DNA of 64,000 nt, from NCBI GenBank assembly GCA_000708835.1, contig DF236968.1, positions 310,001 through 374,000 of the forward strand. Reading direction: 5' to 3'. Below are positions 21,901 to 34,300 of this stretch, piece after piece; position 1 is the first letter of the stretch, and each line of letters opens with the position of its first letter. The translations under genes and the position numbers were made by a program. The notes beneath the pieces are model-generated. The model was not told the DNA's origin, ran no database searches, and saw only the letters and a list, made by a program, of their open reading frames with translations. This stretch comes from Klebsormidium nitens. Its lineage: Eukaryota > Plantae > Klebsormidiophyceae.

Positions 21901-23938
21901 CTTTTCATTCTGCTAACTGATTCCTCCCCCGCTTTCCCAGGCGCTCGCGCGCACCTCCGAGCGCGAGCTCAAAGCGCGCGCGCAGCGCGCCGAGGTCCAG
22001 GCAACAAGGCTGGGGGGCCTGCTGGACTGGCGAGTGCGCGAGGTCGCGCACCTGAAAGCCGCGCTGGCGGAGCGCACCGCGCGGCTCGACCAGGCGGAGC
22101 TGCGGCTGGACGAACTAGAGCGGGGGAACGCTGCCGCGGGCGAGGGGATGCGGGAGGTGGGTTTAGAACCGGGTTTGGTTTTCAATCCGGGCTGGGCTTG
22201 AGAATCGAATCCGGTTTCACCAGGCTAGGTGACGGGTTAGTGCTGTTCTGTTGAGCTTACAAGTAAGGTCGATTCTGACAGGCCGACTGAATTTCGGTGA
22301 AGGATGATCTGTCCGACTCTAGAAGGAGGGAACCGGTTTGCCATGAGACACTATTTGAGGTTCGGTTGAACTAAAGCGGGAAGAGCCATGCAAGATAGAG
22401 GTGATCAAGGCTGGCGCGGAATGCCTTCGATTTAACCACTTGGGTCACCCGAAAGTTCGTTAATGTATGCTTGCTTGCGGCACCGACGATATGCATTAGT
22501 GGTATATAACTTCTTTTCCGAACGATCTCTTCCCTTCGAATCATTTTTCTTGATCCTGCCACTCCGTTGCTCGAGAACCTTTCCGGCGACCTAACGTCAA
22601 TCTCACCTTTGAGCAGGCCCTGAAGGTCGCCAAGAAGGAGCGGGACCACATACTGTACCTGCTTCGGAAAGCGCTGAAGCAGCTCAAGGTGAGCGGACGG
22701 AACGCGTTGAGCGGAAAAGCTCGGTCCAACATCCTCGCCTCTTCAGAATATAATACCCTGCATTTTCCCCTCTTTTCACACGATTGGTGAAACGAGTAGT
22801 GACAATTGCTGAGCTGGCAATCTGCTGCCAAGCACCAGTCATTAAAGATTGTGTTCCCGTTCCGACCTATCAAAGACCAGCCAAGTTTTTGGGGCTGCTC
22901 TTTCAGCACCTACTAGTCGTCGATATTATCTTCTTCAATTGCATCAGAATGTCGATAAAGGGCCTTTCAGTTACCGTACTGCTTGAGCTGCGGGTAAGTT
23001 AACACAAGGGGTTTTGCAGTTACCGTTTTGAGCACGTCCCCCGAAGCTGAGAAACAACTCGATCTTGTCAGTTTGCTTGTGAGTCGCGACGCATCGGACG
23101 TCAAACTTTGGACAAACTCACTTACTTTCTTATATTTTCTTTTCGTGAACAGTCAGCGGACCATCAGCTGCATTCCGGCCAACGGCCGCCGCGGTGCCTA
23201 CCGGAACGGTTCCGAACGGAACCGGCAGATCTGGGCGCCAGCGAAGGGGATAGCGACTCCTACGCCGCTACGACGACGCCCGGATCGGAGGCCACGTCAC
23301 CAACATGTGATGAAGTCACGCTGACGCCGTCCGCGTACCGTGGAGCAAAGCGGGCCTACGAGCCTGTCGTTCTCGACGTGAGCGTCCTTTCCTTCTTGGC
23401 TCAACTTGGGTCAAAGTTATCTCCGAGGAATTTGAAAGCTAAGCAACCCCGTTCTGAGCCTTTTACCTTTCACCTGGTCCCCTCTTTGACCCCGTTTTCG
23501 CTGGCTGACATCGGAAGACTGGCTTAATCTGCATATGTGCATTGCCGCACGAGGGTCAACTCCACAAGCCAAGGGGAACCAAAGTTGTTGTCCATTTCAA
23601 GCACGCAATCTTGTGAAGGTGAATGCTTTTCAGAGTAGCCTCTTTGCTATAAAATGTCGAGCAGGCTTTCTGCAACGGCATGTCTTCCGTTCTCTCAGAA
23701 AACGTAGAGCGTTTCTCTCGCGAATCCAATGACTCGTTCTGTCAGCAGAAGAGTGCAGAGAAACTCCGCTGACGAATCCAATGGACATTGAGGGATACAT
23801 GGAAGAAAAGGAAAGAAGGGGACTGAGAAGGAAATGGAACTTTCTGCTGCGCAGGACTGGGCAGCGAAAATGGCCGAGCTCCAGCGGTCCCTCGACAAGC
23901 AGCGGTCGATCCTCTCGGACAACCGCCGCTGGTCGTGA
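15926..23938 (+). CDS. Very large, mostly intrinsically disordered protein with internal repeats and C-terminal coiled coil; function unknown
   Basis: Exons 15926-16062, 16321-17267, ~17604-17830 (uncertain), ~18051-21434, 21941-22156 (heptad-rich LKAALAERTARLDQAELRLDELE), 22617-22688, 23153-23377, 23855-23938 (TGA). Phases match at all junctions except those around the uncertain third exon. Confidence 0.78.
18358..19145 (+). repeat. Six imperfect coding repeats with core (R/K)xxSW(L/F)-acidic ... (R/K)AS(E)RAS
   Basis: RQPSWFEEE, AKPSWLEEE, HRQLSWLEG, HRELSWLDDE, HRRQSWLGEE, HRRQSWLAE, each followed by ASERAS/ASAG blocks. The DNA motif GCGTCCGAAAGAGCGTCCGCA recurs. Confidence 0.85.
20070..20320 (+). 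repeat. Coding 18-nt / 6-aa periodic G-R-N-S-x-x repeat
   Basis: GRNGPNGRDSP...DGRNSTGGRNNLEGRSSTGGRNSMGGKASADGRKSLEGRNDQNGRNSPDGRDDLDG. Confidence 0.8.
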
Positions 23939-25100
23939 CGTCACGCGTGGCGTCAGCATCGCTCCACTCGGGCCGCCCACAGCCCGCCTCGCAGTCAGCA
24001 TGAAAATCAAATGCAGGCAGCAAACATGCATAAATGGTATACGGTATATAGTATATGGTATAATAGGTAGACTTTCGGATAAGAGATCGAACTCTGGGGA
24101 CACAGGGACGATGATCATAGCGGGCAAAGGCGTTACGCTTCTACAGTAGCACTACCGAAGAAAAGACAGTCACGGCGGTACGTTCGAAAGATGCACATGA
24201 TGCTGGCGGCAAGACAGTCATAGAGGATCTGCGTTAGGCACAAATTAAGGTGCACGGACATGGATACGGATCAATGCGTAGCATATATAACAGGCGACTT
24301 CTTTAAATAGACACTGTGGCACGGTTCTAATTGTAGCGTGGCGGCCGGGCAGAACTTCCAACGACCTTGTACGTCTGATAGGTGGATGCTTTTTCGTTAA
24401 GGAAGGACTCGACAATACAGGGTGATCGACCGCGGACGCAGCATTGTTGCGAGCGACTTATACATGGGTGGTTAATGTGCAGAGACTTCTGATTGTCGGA
24501 ACCCCCTGCATTTGCAGCTGCCACGCGCTTGCCGCATCGATTCTTAATATACCACGTTCTGACGGTAATTGAATCGATGCGGTACACCGTCATGCATCCT
24601 TAGATCTTGCATTGTCAAATCGCTGTGCATGACAAATGGCCTCGCATTCATGACGGTTAGGCCACAATCTTGACGGATCAGCAAGCACAACGCGGATCAT
24701 CGGTAATACCTTTCGACTTACACCGTATTGTTTTCAAAAAAGTCGCGGTCTGTTCAGAGTCTGTTGCCAAAAACCCTTCTTCTCAAATCACCATGGGGAT
24801 GTTTATGAAGTGGATGACGAGCGCTGACGCCCTTATTGCAAACAAAAATCGAGTTATCACTGTCTTCGTGCGTGTTTGTGAAGCAATTGCATGCGGGCAG
24901 CTCAGCCTTTGTGATCGACGTTCTAAAGGAGAACAGTTTACAGTTGTTCAACCGAGCGTAACTCTTTCCGGCGCGCGCTTCGCTTGTGTAGCGACGAGCT
25001 ATAAAGGGATCTAAAACTCCCGGTACGAAGGTCGGTTGCAGTGTATTTCGAATGCAAAATTTTGCTGAGTCCAGGACGCTCTGCCGGCAACCGCAAGCCG

Positions 25101-25430
25101 ACCGGTAGAAGTCCCCGGCCTCCACCTGTAGCATCTACCCAGACCGGTAGAGTCCCCCGACCTAAACGGGAAGAACGCCCCTATACCGGTAAACTCCTTC
25201 GGCTTACAGGGATAGCACGTCCTTATACCGGTAGAGTCCCCCGACCTATATGGGGAGCATGACCTCAGAACGGTAGAAACTCCCAGCCTACACGGGAAGC
25301 ACGTAACCACACCGGTAGACTCCCCCTCCCCTATGCGAGAAGCATGTACCTACGACAGCAAGAATCCCCGAAGCATGTACCCATACCGGTAGAGTTCCCC
25401 GACCTACACCGGTAGCATGTATCCGTACCG
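25101..25430 (-). repeat. 42-nt tandem array formed from the last codons and stop codon of the GT17 gene
   Basis: ACCGGTA-type unit starts on + at 25101, 25143, 25185, 25227, 25269, 25311, (~25355, short unit), 25385 and 25427. The unit at 25385-25426 contains the real GYMLPV* end. Confidence 0.9.
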
Positions 25431-28400
25431 GTCCGCGTTTTCCACAATCCCTCGAGGTAACCCCTCGGTCGACCGCATCCGGTACAGCACCCCGAACATA
25501 CACGTGGCGGCCGTCTCGCGCACCACGTCATGGTCCCGGTAGTCGTTGCTGACTTCCGACGCGTGGCTGTACTCGGAGACCTTGGTGACGTAGTGCTCGA
25601 GCGGGAGGCAAGAACTGCAGTGCAAAGATGACAATCCTGAGATCGCAGCTATCGTACGAGAGAAAGATGGAAAGCAAGAGAGCCGACGAATCGCCGGTTG
25701 TCTTTCTCGGGTTTCCATAATCAGGGCTTTGCGCGTGGATAGTAAGCTTAGAGCAGCCGGTTTGGATTAGGCTTGCTGTAAGTGGAAGCTGCTCGCCAGT
25801 AGCGCTTCCCATTGAGTTCTTGACGCTGGTTCGATGGCAGTTTCGGCGGCAAGACGGTATGGGAGAACGGAAGCGGAATGCGACTCTTCGCGGCTACAAT
25901 TACCAATCATGTCCCTGGTCGTTTATCTATTGCTCGCTGCTGAATAAAGATTCCAGATTTGTCCAAAGCATTGTGGTTTGCAGCAGAATTATCGGCCAGG
26001 CCGACCGCCAGCATTTAGATCGGAGCAGCTCGAACGCAAGGAAGGATGTGAAAAGTGGTAACACCATATGGAATCGATGCCCATCGTTTGGGTCGGAACT
26101 GTTCACCGAAGTCGCCACGTAAAGAAAAACTGGTCCTATGAGGACCGCTTCTCTTGCGCACGAAAAAATGGGATATCATACGCAAGGGAGGAGGAAACTT
26201 ACTATGAGTGGCGGCCGAAATTGAGAATCTGCGCGAACCGTGCAGAATCGGACTCCCAACCATTTGTAATTTCTGGAATGAAAAGAAACTCTTACCTGCA
26301 GTGCCAGCCGCCGCAGTCGATGACGTGGTTCGACGGAATGTCCGTGGAGAACTTGTTGCGCAGCTTCGCGCGCACCGTGTTCCCGTCGGCGTGCAGCTGC
26401 GCCCAGTCGGTGTCCCAGTGGCCGCCGTGCGCGAACTTGCCTATCGTCACTGCGGACACGTGGCACGCGTAGATTGGTCAGAATTATGTCATCAGTCCTC
26501 CATGACGTGCACCTATGAGGACCTGCACTCTTAAGCGCTCATTACATCAGCCTGTATATGTGCACTACCGCAGATTGACCGATATTTAAGAAAGAGTACA
26601 GAGGGGGCATCTCTTGTGCGTCACTCGAGAGAACGGAGTTCGCCCTCGATCGACAGTGGAGGTGTGTTTTGGTGGGTCAAGATTGTGGGCTTGAGTGGCA
26701 ACGGGTGAAACTTGGACTTTGATCAACAAGCACTCCGCAGGTGCATGTTGAAGCCATTTTTAAGATGGCCGCAATCCATGCAAAGAAGTTGAGAAAAGGG
26801 CGTCGATATCAGTCAGCCGAAGAGAACCTGTATTTCAAGATCACAACATGGTTATGACAGGGTGCGTCGAATGACAAATCTGGCGTTGATAGCTGCATGT
26901 CGGCTTATGTCTGGGGCTTCGGTTTTGGGGTTCGCGGTACGTACCGACGGTCCCTGGCCACATCTGCTTGTCGTCCTTCCAGTCGCGGTCGATGCACGCG
27001 AAGGTGAAGCGCCACAATGGCATGCGCAGGATCACGGGGAAAGCCTTCGCGTCTCTCTGCTGACGTAGCGCGTGGACCACGTGGGCCTTGGGCAACTCAT
27101 CGAGGTCGCCTGGAGCGAAGGAAAGATGGCCAATGAGATTTATCTGCTCTTGTATCCGGAGTTCGTCAATCTTCAGTTGCGCTCGTGTCTGAAACGAGTG
27201 CCTTTGTGACGAATACCTTTTTCCTGTGTTGTGTTTGGGAGTGACTTCGAAGAAAATTAGCAGCTACTTCGCTCGACTTTGGCCCGCCGCTCAAAGCCAT
27301 ACCGAATTTCAATAAACAAGTTGAACGGTGGGCAATCAAGCATGAGACGGTGACCTCTGTGCTCAACCTGGCTTTCAAGAAGAACCGTCCGAAAACATCG
27401 GGCCCAAACCGAACATGTCATCGAGCCGAAATGTTCTCCTCATTGACGTCTTACAAGTGATTGCAAACCCTCAAACGGGATGACCCAACAAGTATGAGCA
27501 GATCTTCGCCGGTAGCTTGAAACTGACCCTAGAATCCAGCTCAAACTGCCTCCCCAAAACTTCGACAGCAACTAACCCACCAGTCATGACCAGGTCTTCA
27601 CTGGTAACCCGCCCCTTAACCGCATCCCAAAGCACGTCGCGCATGTGTCTTTCCCGGTCCCACGCGCTCGGGGCGTCTTTCGGGAACGTTTCCAGATCGC
27701 AGTACGCGTTCTCGATCTGGGGCCACCAGCGCCGGAACCGCTCCAGCTTGGTGACGTCAGTCAGGGGCCGCTCGTGGTTCATAAACGTCAGCGGGCACTG
27801 CATCGGAAGGGTATCGACTTTTCAGTAATCATCGAGTCCCTCGCATATTAGGGTTCAATGAACGTCAGCTACTGAGGTAACAAGAACCGGAACTTTCAGA
27901 TGGATTCTAGCTTTCTAGAACGGTGTGCTAGTGGAGAATGTTGAGTGCTCCAAAACTTTCAGGTACGTCGATCAGGAGGCGTTCGAGACATAAACATAGC
28001 TCGTATTCAGAAGATACAAAAACGATAAGATGTTAGTGAGCCGAAAACGTCCTGGATCGAGTCGGAGAAAAGGTCAGTTTCCAGAAAGTGGTTCTTGGGC
28101 ACTGCAGCCAAAGCGGTTTGAAATCTTTACTAGATCTAAACAGCGAAACCGATATTTTTGGCCACTCTTCAAGATCAAAACCTTGAAATCGTAAAGGTCT
28201 AGTACCTTTAACCCTAAATTGGACGGTTGTACACTAACCTGGACGAGTACAAACTTGTGCACGACGTTCTCCAGTTCCATGAGGCGCATCTCCAGCAGGT
28301 CCAGCTCGTTCAGAAACAGCACCGCGTCGTACACTTTCCGGACAAAGGCCCCTGGGGCGATGGAGAGATCAGTGCTGCAAGGAGAAAGACCAGCTCTCTT

Positions 28401-29544
28401 TGTGGGGCGGGAAGATAGAACGAGCTTCCAAGGGTTCACCTCTGGGATGATCAATATTTGTCGTTTGGGTGTAAGCGTGTGGAGATAAGAACAATCTTTG
28501 GTGGTGTGGGTCACTGTACCGGTTGGGAAATTTGAGGCTTTCACAAGAACTACGTTAGAGAAAGGACAAGATCCAGCAATTCAAGGGACCTGTGCAAGCA
28601 AGAAGCAGGCTCTAGCTAGAACCCCACGTCATACAAGTTGCTCAAAGGAACCAGTAGGCCAACGATATCCCGGTGGTCAAGTTGAGGAAGGTAATCAGGA
28701 TTTTACCACAGATGAATTTGTGCAGTTTTGAGCTCTGGTCCTGCTTTGCAAAACAGAATTGCAAGGAACTGCACCTACACATTTCCCGGATTGCGATAAC
28801 AAGTCTTTGCTCATATTACAACGAGCAGACTGTATAAGGGCACTGGCGCACTCCGGCCTCCGTGCTTAAGCCCATCTTCGAAACAAGGGACACACCTTCA
28901 TTTTCAGATATCACTATTTCCATGACAAGAAGACGGATGTGACCGTGATGATTAGCTGGATTTCAAAATAGGGTCCTGACTACTGCAAACTTTCCATGAC
29001 AAGACGACTGATGTGACCGTGATGAAGAGCCGGAGTAGAAAAAGAGGGTTCTAACTACTGGAGAAGGGATTGGAAAAGAATTACCAGGAAACTGTCTCTA
29101 CCTTGGTGGGTTGTCAATGTCCCGCTGCTGGCAATACGGCGCTGCCGGCGCCTCGCTCTCCTCCCCAGTTGAAAACTTGACAAGTGGCGCTCCCAGCTTC
29201 TTCAACCGCTCCGCCAACAATTTCGCCCGGATCTTATACACATTCGTCCCATAGTAATGCTTATACTCTTTCAGCCACTGTTCCTCCGTCAAATTCGCAG
29301 CCGCCCGTGTGTTCGCAATGAAATCAAGTTCAGAGAAAGTGTCGTCCGTAGGGGATCCGTCCTGGCTGCCCTGGGTGAGGCTCTGGAGGATCTCGCGGGA
29401 AAGGATGAGCGTCGTGCAAAGAATACCCGCAGCGAGTATACCGAGAAGGGGACGGAATTTGGACTGGGGTAATGTTTTGGAGACGAGAGTCTTCGCTGTG
29501 GGGCTGTCGGCGGCATCGAGCGCGCTGGACACTACTGACAACAT
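25404..29544 (-). CDS. Glycosyltransferase family 17 (GnT-III/MGAT3-like) type II membrane protein
   Basis: Phase-consistent exons 29544-29102 (TM LLGILAAGILCTTLIL), 28374-28239 (RKVYDAVLFLNELDLLEMRLMEL), 27797-27581, 27109-26945 (GDLDELP, DxD), 26449-26296 (GGWHC), 25614-25404 (SSCLP..YVTKVSEYSHA). These match the GT17 YDAVLF.NE.D, DxDE.P and GWHCS..YSH motifs. Confidence 0.88.
28918..29034. repeat. Intronic tandem direct repeat (~43-nt core, ~74-nt period)
   Basis: TTCCATGACAAGAAGACGGATGTGACCGTGATGA versus TTCCATGACAAGACGACTGATGTGACCGTGATGA. Confidence 0.8.
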
Positions 29545-31375
29545 CTTTGCTGGATCACTCTACTCGCAAAGTACTTAAGGGAATGAGCAAAGGATTGGTG
29601 GTGGCTTTGTGCTCCAGCTGGGGAGCCTTTCTCTGATCTCCCAAGGCTCCACTTGTTGAATGGTCCAAGGTGCAGCTAGTTGCTAGAAACTCAGTGTTCT
29701 ACAAACACAAGCTGGGGAGAAGCTACTACACTAAGATCAATAAGCAGAGCTGCAGCCTTGAGGCTTGCGTTGAAGTCAGTAGACAAAACTTTCTACGACG
29801 GGAGAAACCAGGCCAGCTAGCTCGCTGCTTGCGTAAGCGACACCTCAAGCCTGCTTCGCTGCTAAACAAAGTAAGCACCGCTCCCCTGCTGCTCCACTCG
29901 ATAGTGGCAGCGCCGCTTACCCCGCAGCTTTTCTGAACTGAGTCAGGCTGCTAGGCTGAGTAGAACTTCTGAAAAACAAGCACTGCGGGCGGGGGGAAGA
30001 GTCTGGTGGTGGCTTGGTGAGAAGGAAAACTTGGAAGTGCTGCTGTGAAAGCAGCTGATTTGTTGGCCACTATATTGCCTCTGTATCCTGGTCACATACC
30101 TATTCGCCGGAGTTTGGCGCCAAGGAAGTGCTTGATCAGTGCATAATTTCTTCATCCTTGCTTGCAGAGACCCACCCTTTCTCAGATCTGCAGTCTGCCA
30201 ACTTGGCAAGTTCGGGCTAGCTTGCATATGCGAGACGGCTTAACGACGAGGATTCCGGGATTTGACAGGGGGCACACTGTCTGGGGCACAGGCTTCGCTA
30301 GTCAGCTTCTTCCTCAATTCTCGTTGACAGTCAAGGCTGCATGCGAAAGGACGAAATATTCGGAGTCTCTTAGTGCGGCCCTGATCTTGACACACAGGGT
30401 CTTGCATAAGTTGCATGCATGCAGTGCCGCTATGTGTCACGGGCAGGCAAGCCATTGGCACCGCCTCCAGTCTGGAAGACTGTGTAGAAAGCAGTTATAG
30501 GGATATGGACCATTTCTTGTGTCAAAGGAATGGCTGAAAGGGTGTGTCAAGAAGGAAACACATCGTGCATTTCGGGTGTTGCTGATCAGCTGGCTGCTGC
30601 ACCATCTGCGCTAAGCGCTGCCAATCATTGGTGTTGCCCGATGGGCCCAATCATTGGCAATATGCATGTGTAATATCGATCCACGTGCAGCAATATGCAC
30701 TTGCCACGGCTGAGAATCCCGATAGGTATCGAGAAGTACAGAATCCCGGGCATTTCGGACGCGGGTCTCCATCTCGATCATTGCGAGTCGGAAATGATGA
30801 TGATATCAACTCTAGCTTTTGTCTCCTATCAATTTCAAATGGGGCTTGCCGCTTGTCCCTTTAATAAAGGATATGTAGGATAAGAGCCCGGACACAAAAG
30901 ACTCTATTACCAAAGAGCATTCCTGCTCCAAGCTACCTACACCCGACGTAACCACCAGACTATTATCCAACTAATGCCCCGGGCTGTACCGGTACCCCAT
31001 TAGAAGACAAGCCCCTATAGGACGAGTCGAAGACGAGAAAGTGGCCACGCTGCGGACCTACGGTAATCATTTGTATCTGCCGGAACTCCGTGACCCGTCC
31101 CCGGAATCCGTTGCCATGCTCTGCGGAAAGCCGAGTCAGTCACCAGGCTGGCCCGCCTCACCTCAGCGCAGCGGCAGACCGTAGACGCAGTGTTCACGTT
31201 GGATGTGCGTTGAAACTTGGAACTTATTAAAAGTTAAAGTGGACCTTGTGCCGCCACAAGCAAACTGCCCATTGTTACCGGTAACCTACGAGCTCGGAGC
31301 TGGCTGTTTTCAGACTTTGCACCACAAGAAAAAAGACCCACAGGTTGTATCAATCAAGTGGCCTGTGCTCTCGCC

Positions 31376-34300
31376 ATGGCCGAGGGGTGCGGCTGCGAGA
31401 AGGACTCGTGCCAGATCAGCATCCAGAATCCGCTTGCGGCGGTTGGCACTCAGGAGCCCCTTTACGAGGCGACCGAGCTGCGAACGGGGGCGGCCAATCC
31501 CCACTGGTCCCGCCGGCTTATACAACCATGCTTGCCCCAAAAGGTGGTCGCAGAAATGGTGGGAACTTTTGCGATCGTCTTCGCAGGTGAGGGGTTCGGT
31601 GAGAAAGTTAGGGTTTAGGGTTGTTGGGGTTGGTGTCGTGATGCAAGCGTAGGGCTTTGGATTGTGTGCAGGTGAAAGCAGACTCGCTCTTTGTGTGTTG
31701 AGAAGTCTGGCTGCGCCGCGCGATTTTTGAGATTTTAGCAAATGAGGATCCTGAGGTGGCATAAGAGTCTAGGCTTGGCAGCCTGATGGCGGATTGCTTA
31801 ACAAAAAGTTATATGCTGAGCTATTACCATTTGATGCTCTGCCTTTGGCTTTTAGAAGACGTGCACCAAAACAGTGGTGGGCAAGGGACGCTTTCTTGAA
31901 TTACGTAGTCGTTATGGAGGCGTATGCTATCGTAGACGCTGCCACCATTCGTGTGTCTGTTTGAAAAAAGCGTGCACCAAGAGCGATGCTTTGTGCAAAC
32001 ATGCTCAAAGTTAAAAAGGTTCTCGCCGCACCTTAATCTGTGTTCGCAACAGACAGTCCCTTGTAGGACAAGCAAGGAACGCACATTTCATTGCATTTTT
32101 TGACTCTGACGGGATTTTCTCACTTCTCCAGGCTGTGGGGCAGTGGTGGTTAACGCCCGCTCCGACGGCGCGCTCGGTCACGTGGGCATCGCCGCTACTT
32201 TTGGGCTCGTAGTCATGGTTATGATCTATGCAGTGGGCCACATTTCGGGCGCCCACTTCAACCCCGCAGTCACGCTGGCGTTCGCGTGCGGGCGGCACTT
32301 CAGCTGGAAAATGGTGAGCTCGGGGCTCGTCTTGTTCTGCAATTGAGTGATCTAGTGTTTGTCACCGTCAAGACCGAAAAAGGGGGATTCTAGTTTACCT
32401 TTACTGGAGTTGGGCCACAGTTCAAGTGTCCACTTTGACCCCGCAGTCACGGTGGCGTTTGCGTGCGGGCGGCACTTATGTTAAGAATTTGTGAGCTTGG
32501 ACTTTATACATCTAAGACTTTTGCAATTAAGGGTGTTATTTTCGGTTTCTCCAAAGGGGGGGCCTTTAGGTCTTCCCAAAGAGTGGAATCCGGGTGCACC
32601 CCCTAAAGTAAAGTTAGCCGTGAAGGTGGTCTTTAAGCAGGCTATAGCACAGAATCTATGAAGACAGTCGAGTACGGGTCCCATGACGAGTCAGCATTCA
32701 CTATCTTGCAGTCCCACCATGTACCTCCCGTATTGGGCCGTCATGGCATCCCCTCTTCGCAAATGGATCTCAGTGGGCAGACCGTCGCGCACCTCGCTTT
32801 CATCTTTGCAATTTCCTTCTTTCCCCCAATCTTGACTTGCTTCACCTTCTGTTGCGTCGCTTCAAAATCAAGGCTTATAATTTCCAAGCAATGAGACAGT
32901 CACTGATTCCAATGCCCCAGCGATAAGCAGCGATTGCCTTTTCCCCAGGTCCCTTTCTACTGGGCCGCCCAATTCCTGTCTGCCACCGCCGGCGCAGCCT
33001 TGATTCGCGGGATTTTGGGCTCGGAAAAAGCGCTCGGGGCAACACTACCGAGCGGGACCGATTGGGAGTCGCTCCTGCTAGAGTTCGTCCTCACGTTCTT
33101 CCTCATGTTCGTGATTGCCGCCGTTGCAACAGACACGAGGGCAGTCGGAACAATGGCCGGAATTGCGGTATGCTTAGCTCATCTAGTGCTCTCCCTCTCG
33201 ATGAGTGCTGATATCAGTCCCTCCAGTACGTTCCTGAGGCATGCTTCAAAATATGCGTCATGCTTATGTGGTCCCAAACAATCTTGGTATGCTGCGTGGA
33301 CGGTCTGTTTTCATCAATTGTTGCTTGTTCTTGTTAATTCTTTCAAGGGTTGTTATATGAGGAACGCTCCCCTTCGAGAATTTCCAAGCGTTGTTTCAAC
33401 TGTGGTCGAAGCTCGAGAGTCCATGTTTTGTTCTATGGCGCCGCCAGTGAAAATCAGCATAGTGGGCGGAGAAAACGGCACTCGTTTTTCCTCATTCCTC
33501 ATTGCTTCAATCCTAGTAGTTCTTGTCGCATACGTCGACGATTGAATTGATGATGCCTTCATCATACGGACCTGTTTGGAATCGTTTGCGTGTTTCGATT
33601 AGCCACGAAAATATTCCTCATTGTGATGATACCCAACCCTTGTCTCAGTAGCCTGAATCTGGTGCGCTTCGCTCTCCTTTGTAAATCCATATTGTCGTCC
33701 GGTTTTATGCTGGAGACTGACTCGACAAGTTTGCCAAAACTCCTACCAATCTTCACTTAGTTGAGAGTGGTCTGCTCTTACCGTTATTCACTCAGTCAAC
33801 TCCCATGCCGACAGATTGGCGGGACGGTTGCTCTGGATGCCTTGTTCGGAGGCCCTGTCAGCGGCGCCTCGATGAACCCAGCCAGGTCGCTGGGCCCTGC
33901 GCTCATAGCTCTTGTAAGCAAACAGGGCCTTTTCCTCAAAAGTTCCTTCTGGCGAATTGCGGAGCCGCCGCCCCTTGCTGTTGGATTTTCTTTTACGCGT
34001 TGGCTTGTTTGAGGAAAGAGCTTTTTGTGAGGACATGAGACTCATTTCAGTAAAGCGTCACAGCGTTTGGCATTGAAGAGAGCAGAATGCGAGAAGTTAG
34101 GAAAGGGATTGTAAAGAGCGAGTCGGACTGGGTTACAAGTGACTGGCAAACTAGACTTCCCGCAACTCCATCCAAAACGAGTGGGAAAGGTTGGGTTTCG
34201 AGTGATAGCGGCAAAAGCTTAATCACGACCGGGTAACGGGTGTTGATGGGATGTAAAACCGTTTGCGAAGTGACGTCATTGCTTGTCAGCCCGTTGTGCA

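Noticed and set aside
25101-25430. Regular 42-nt periodicity resembling a CRISPR array
   Set aside because: The whole unit is repeated with no unique spacers, it derives from the GT17 C-terminal codons, the context is eukaryotic and there are no cas genes.
31605-31635. TTAGGGTTTAGGG telomere-like repeat in NIP intron 1 (similar AAACCCTAA at ~16286)
   Set aside because: Only one or two units are present. Such telo-box words are common and carry no specific information here.
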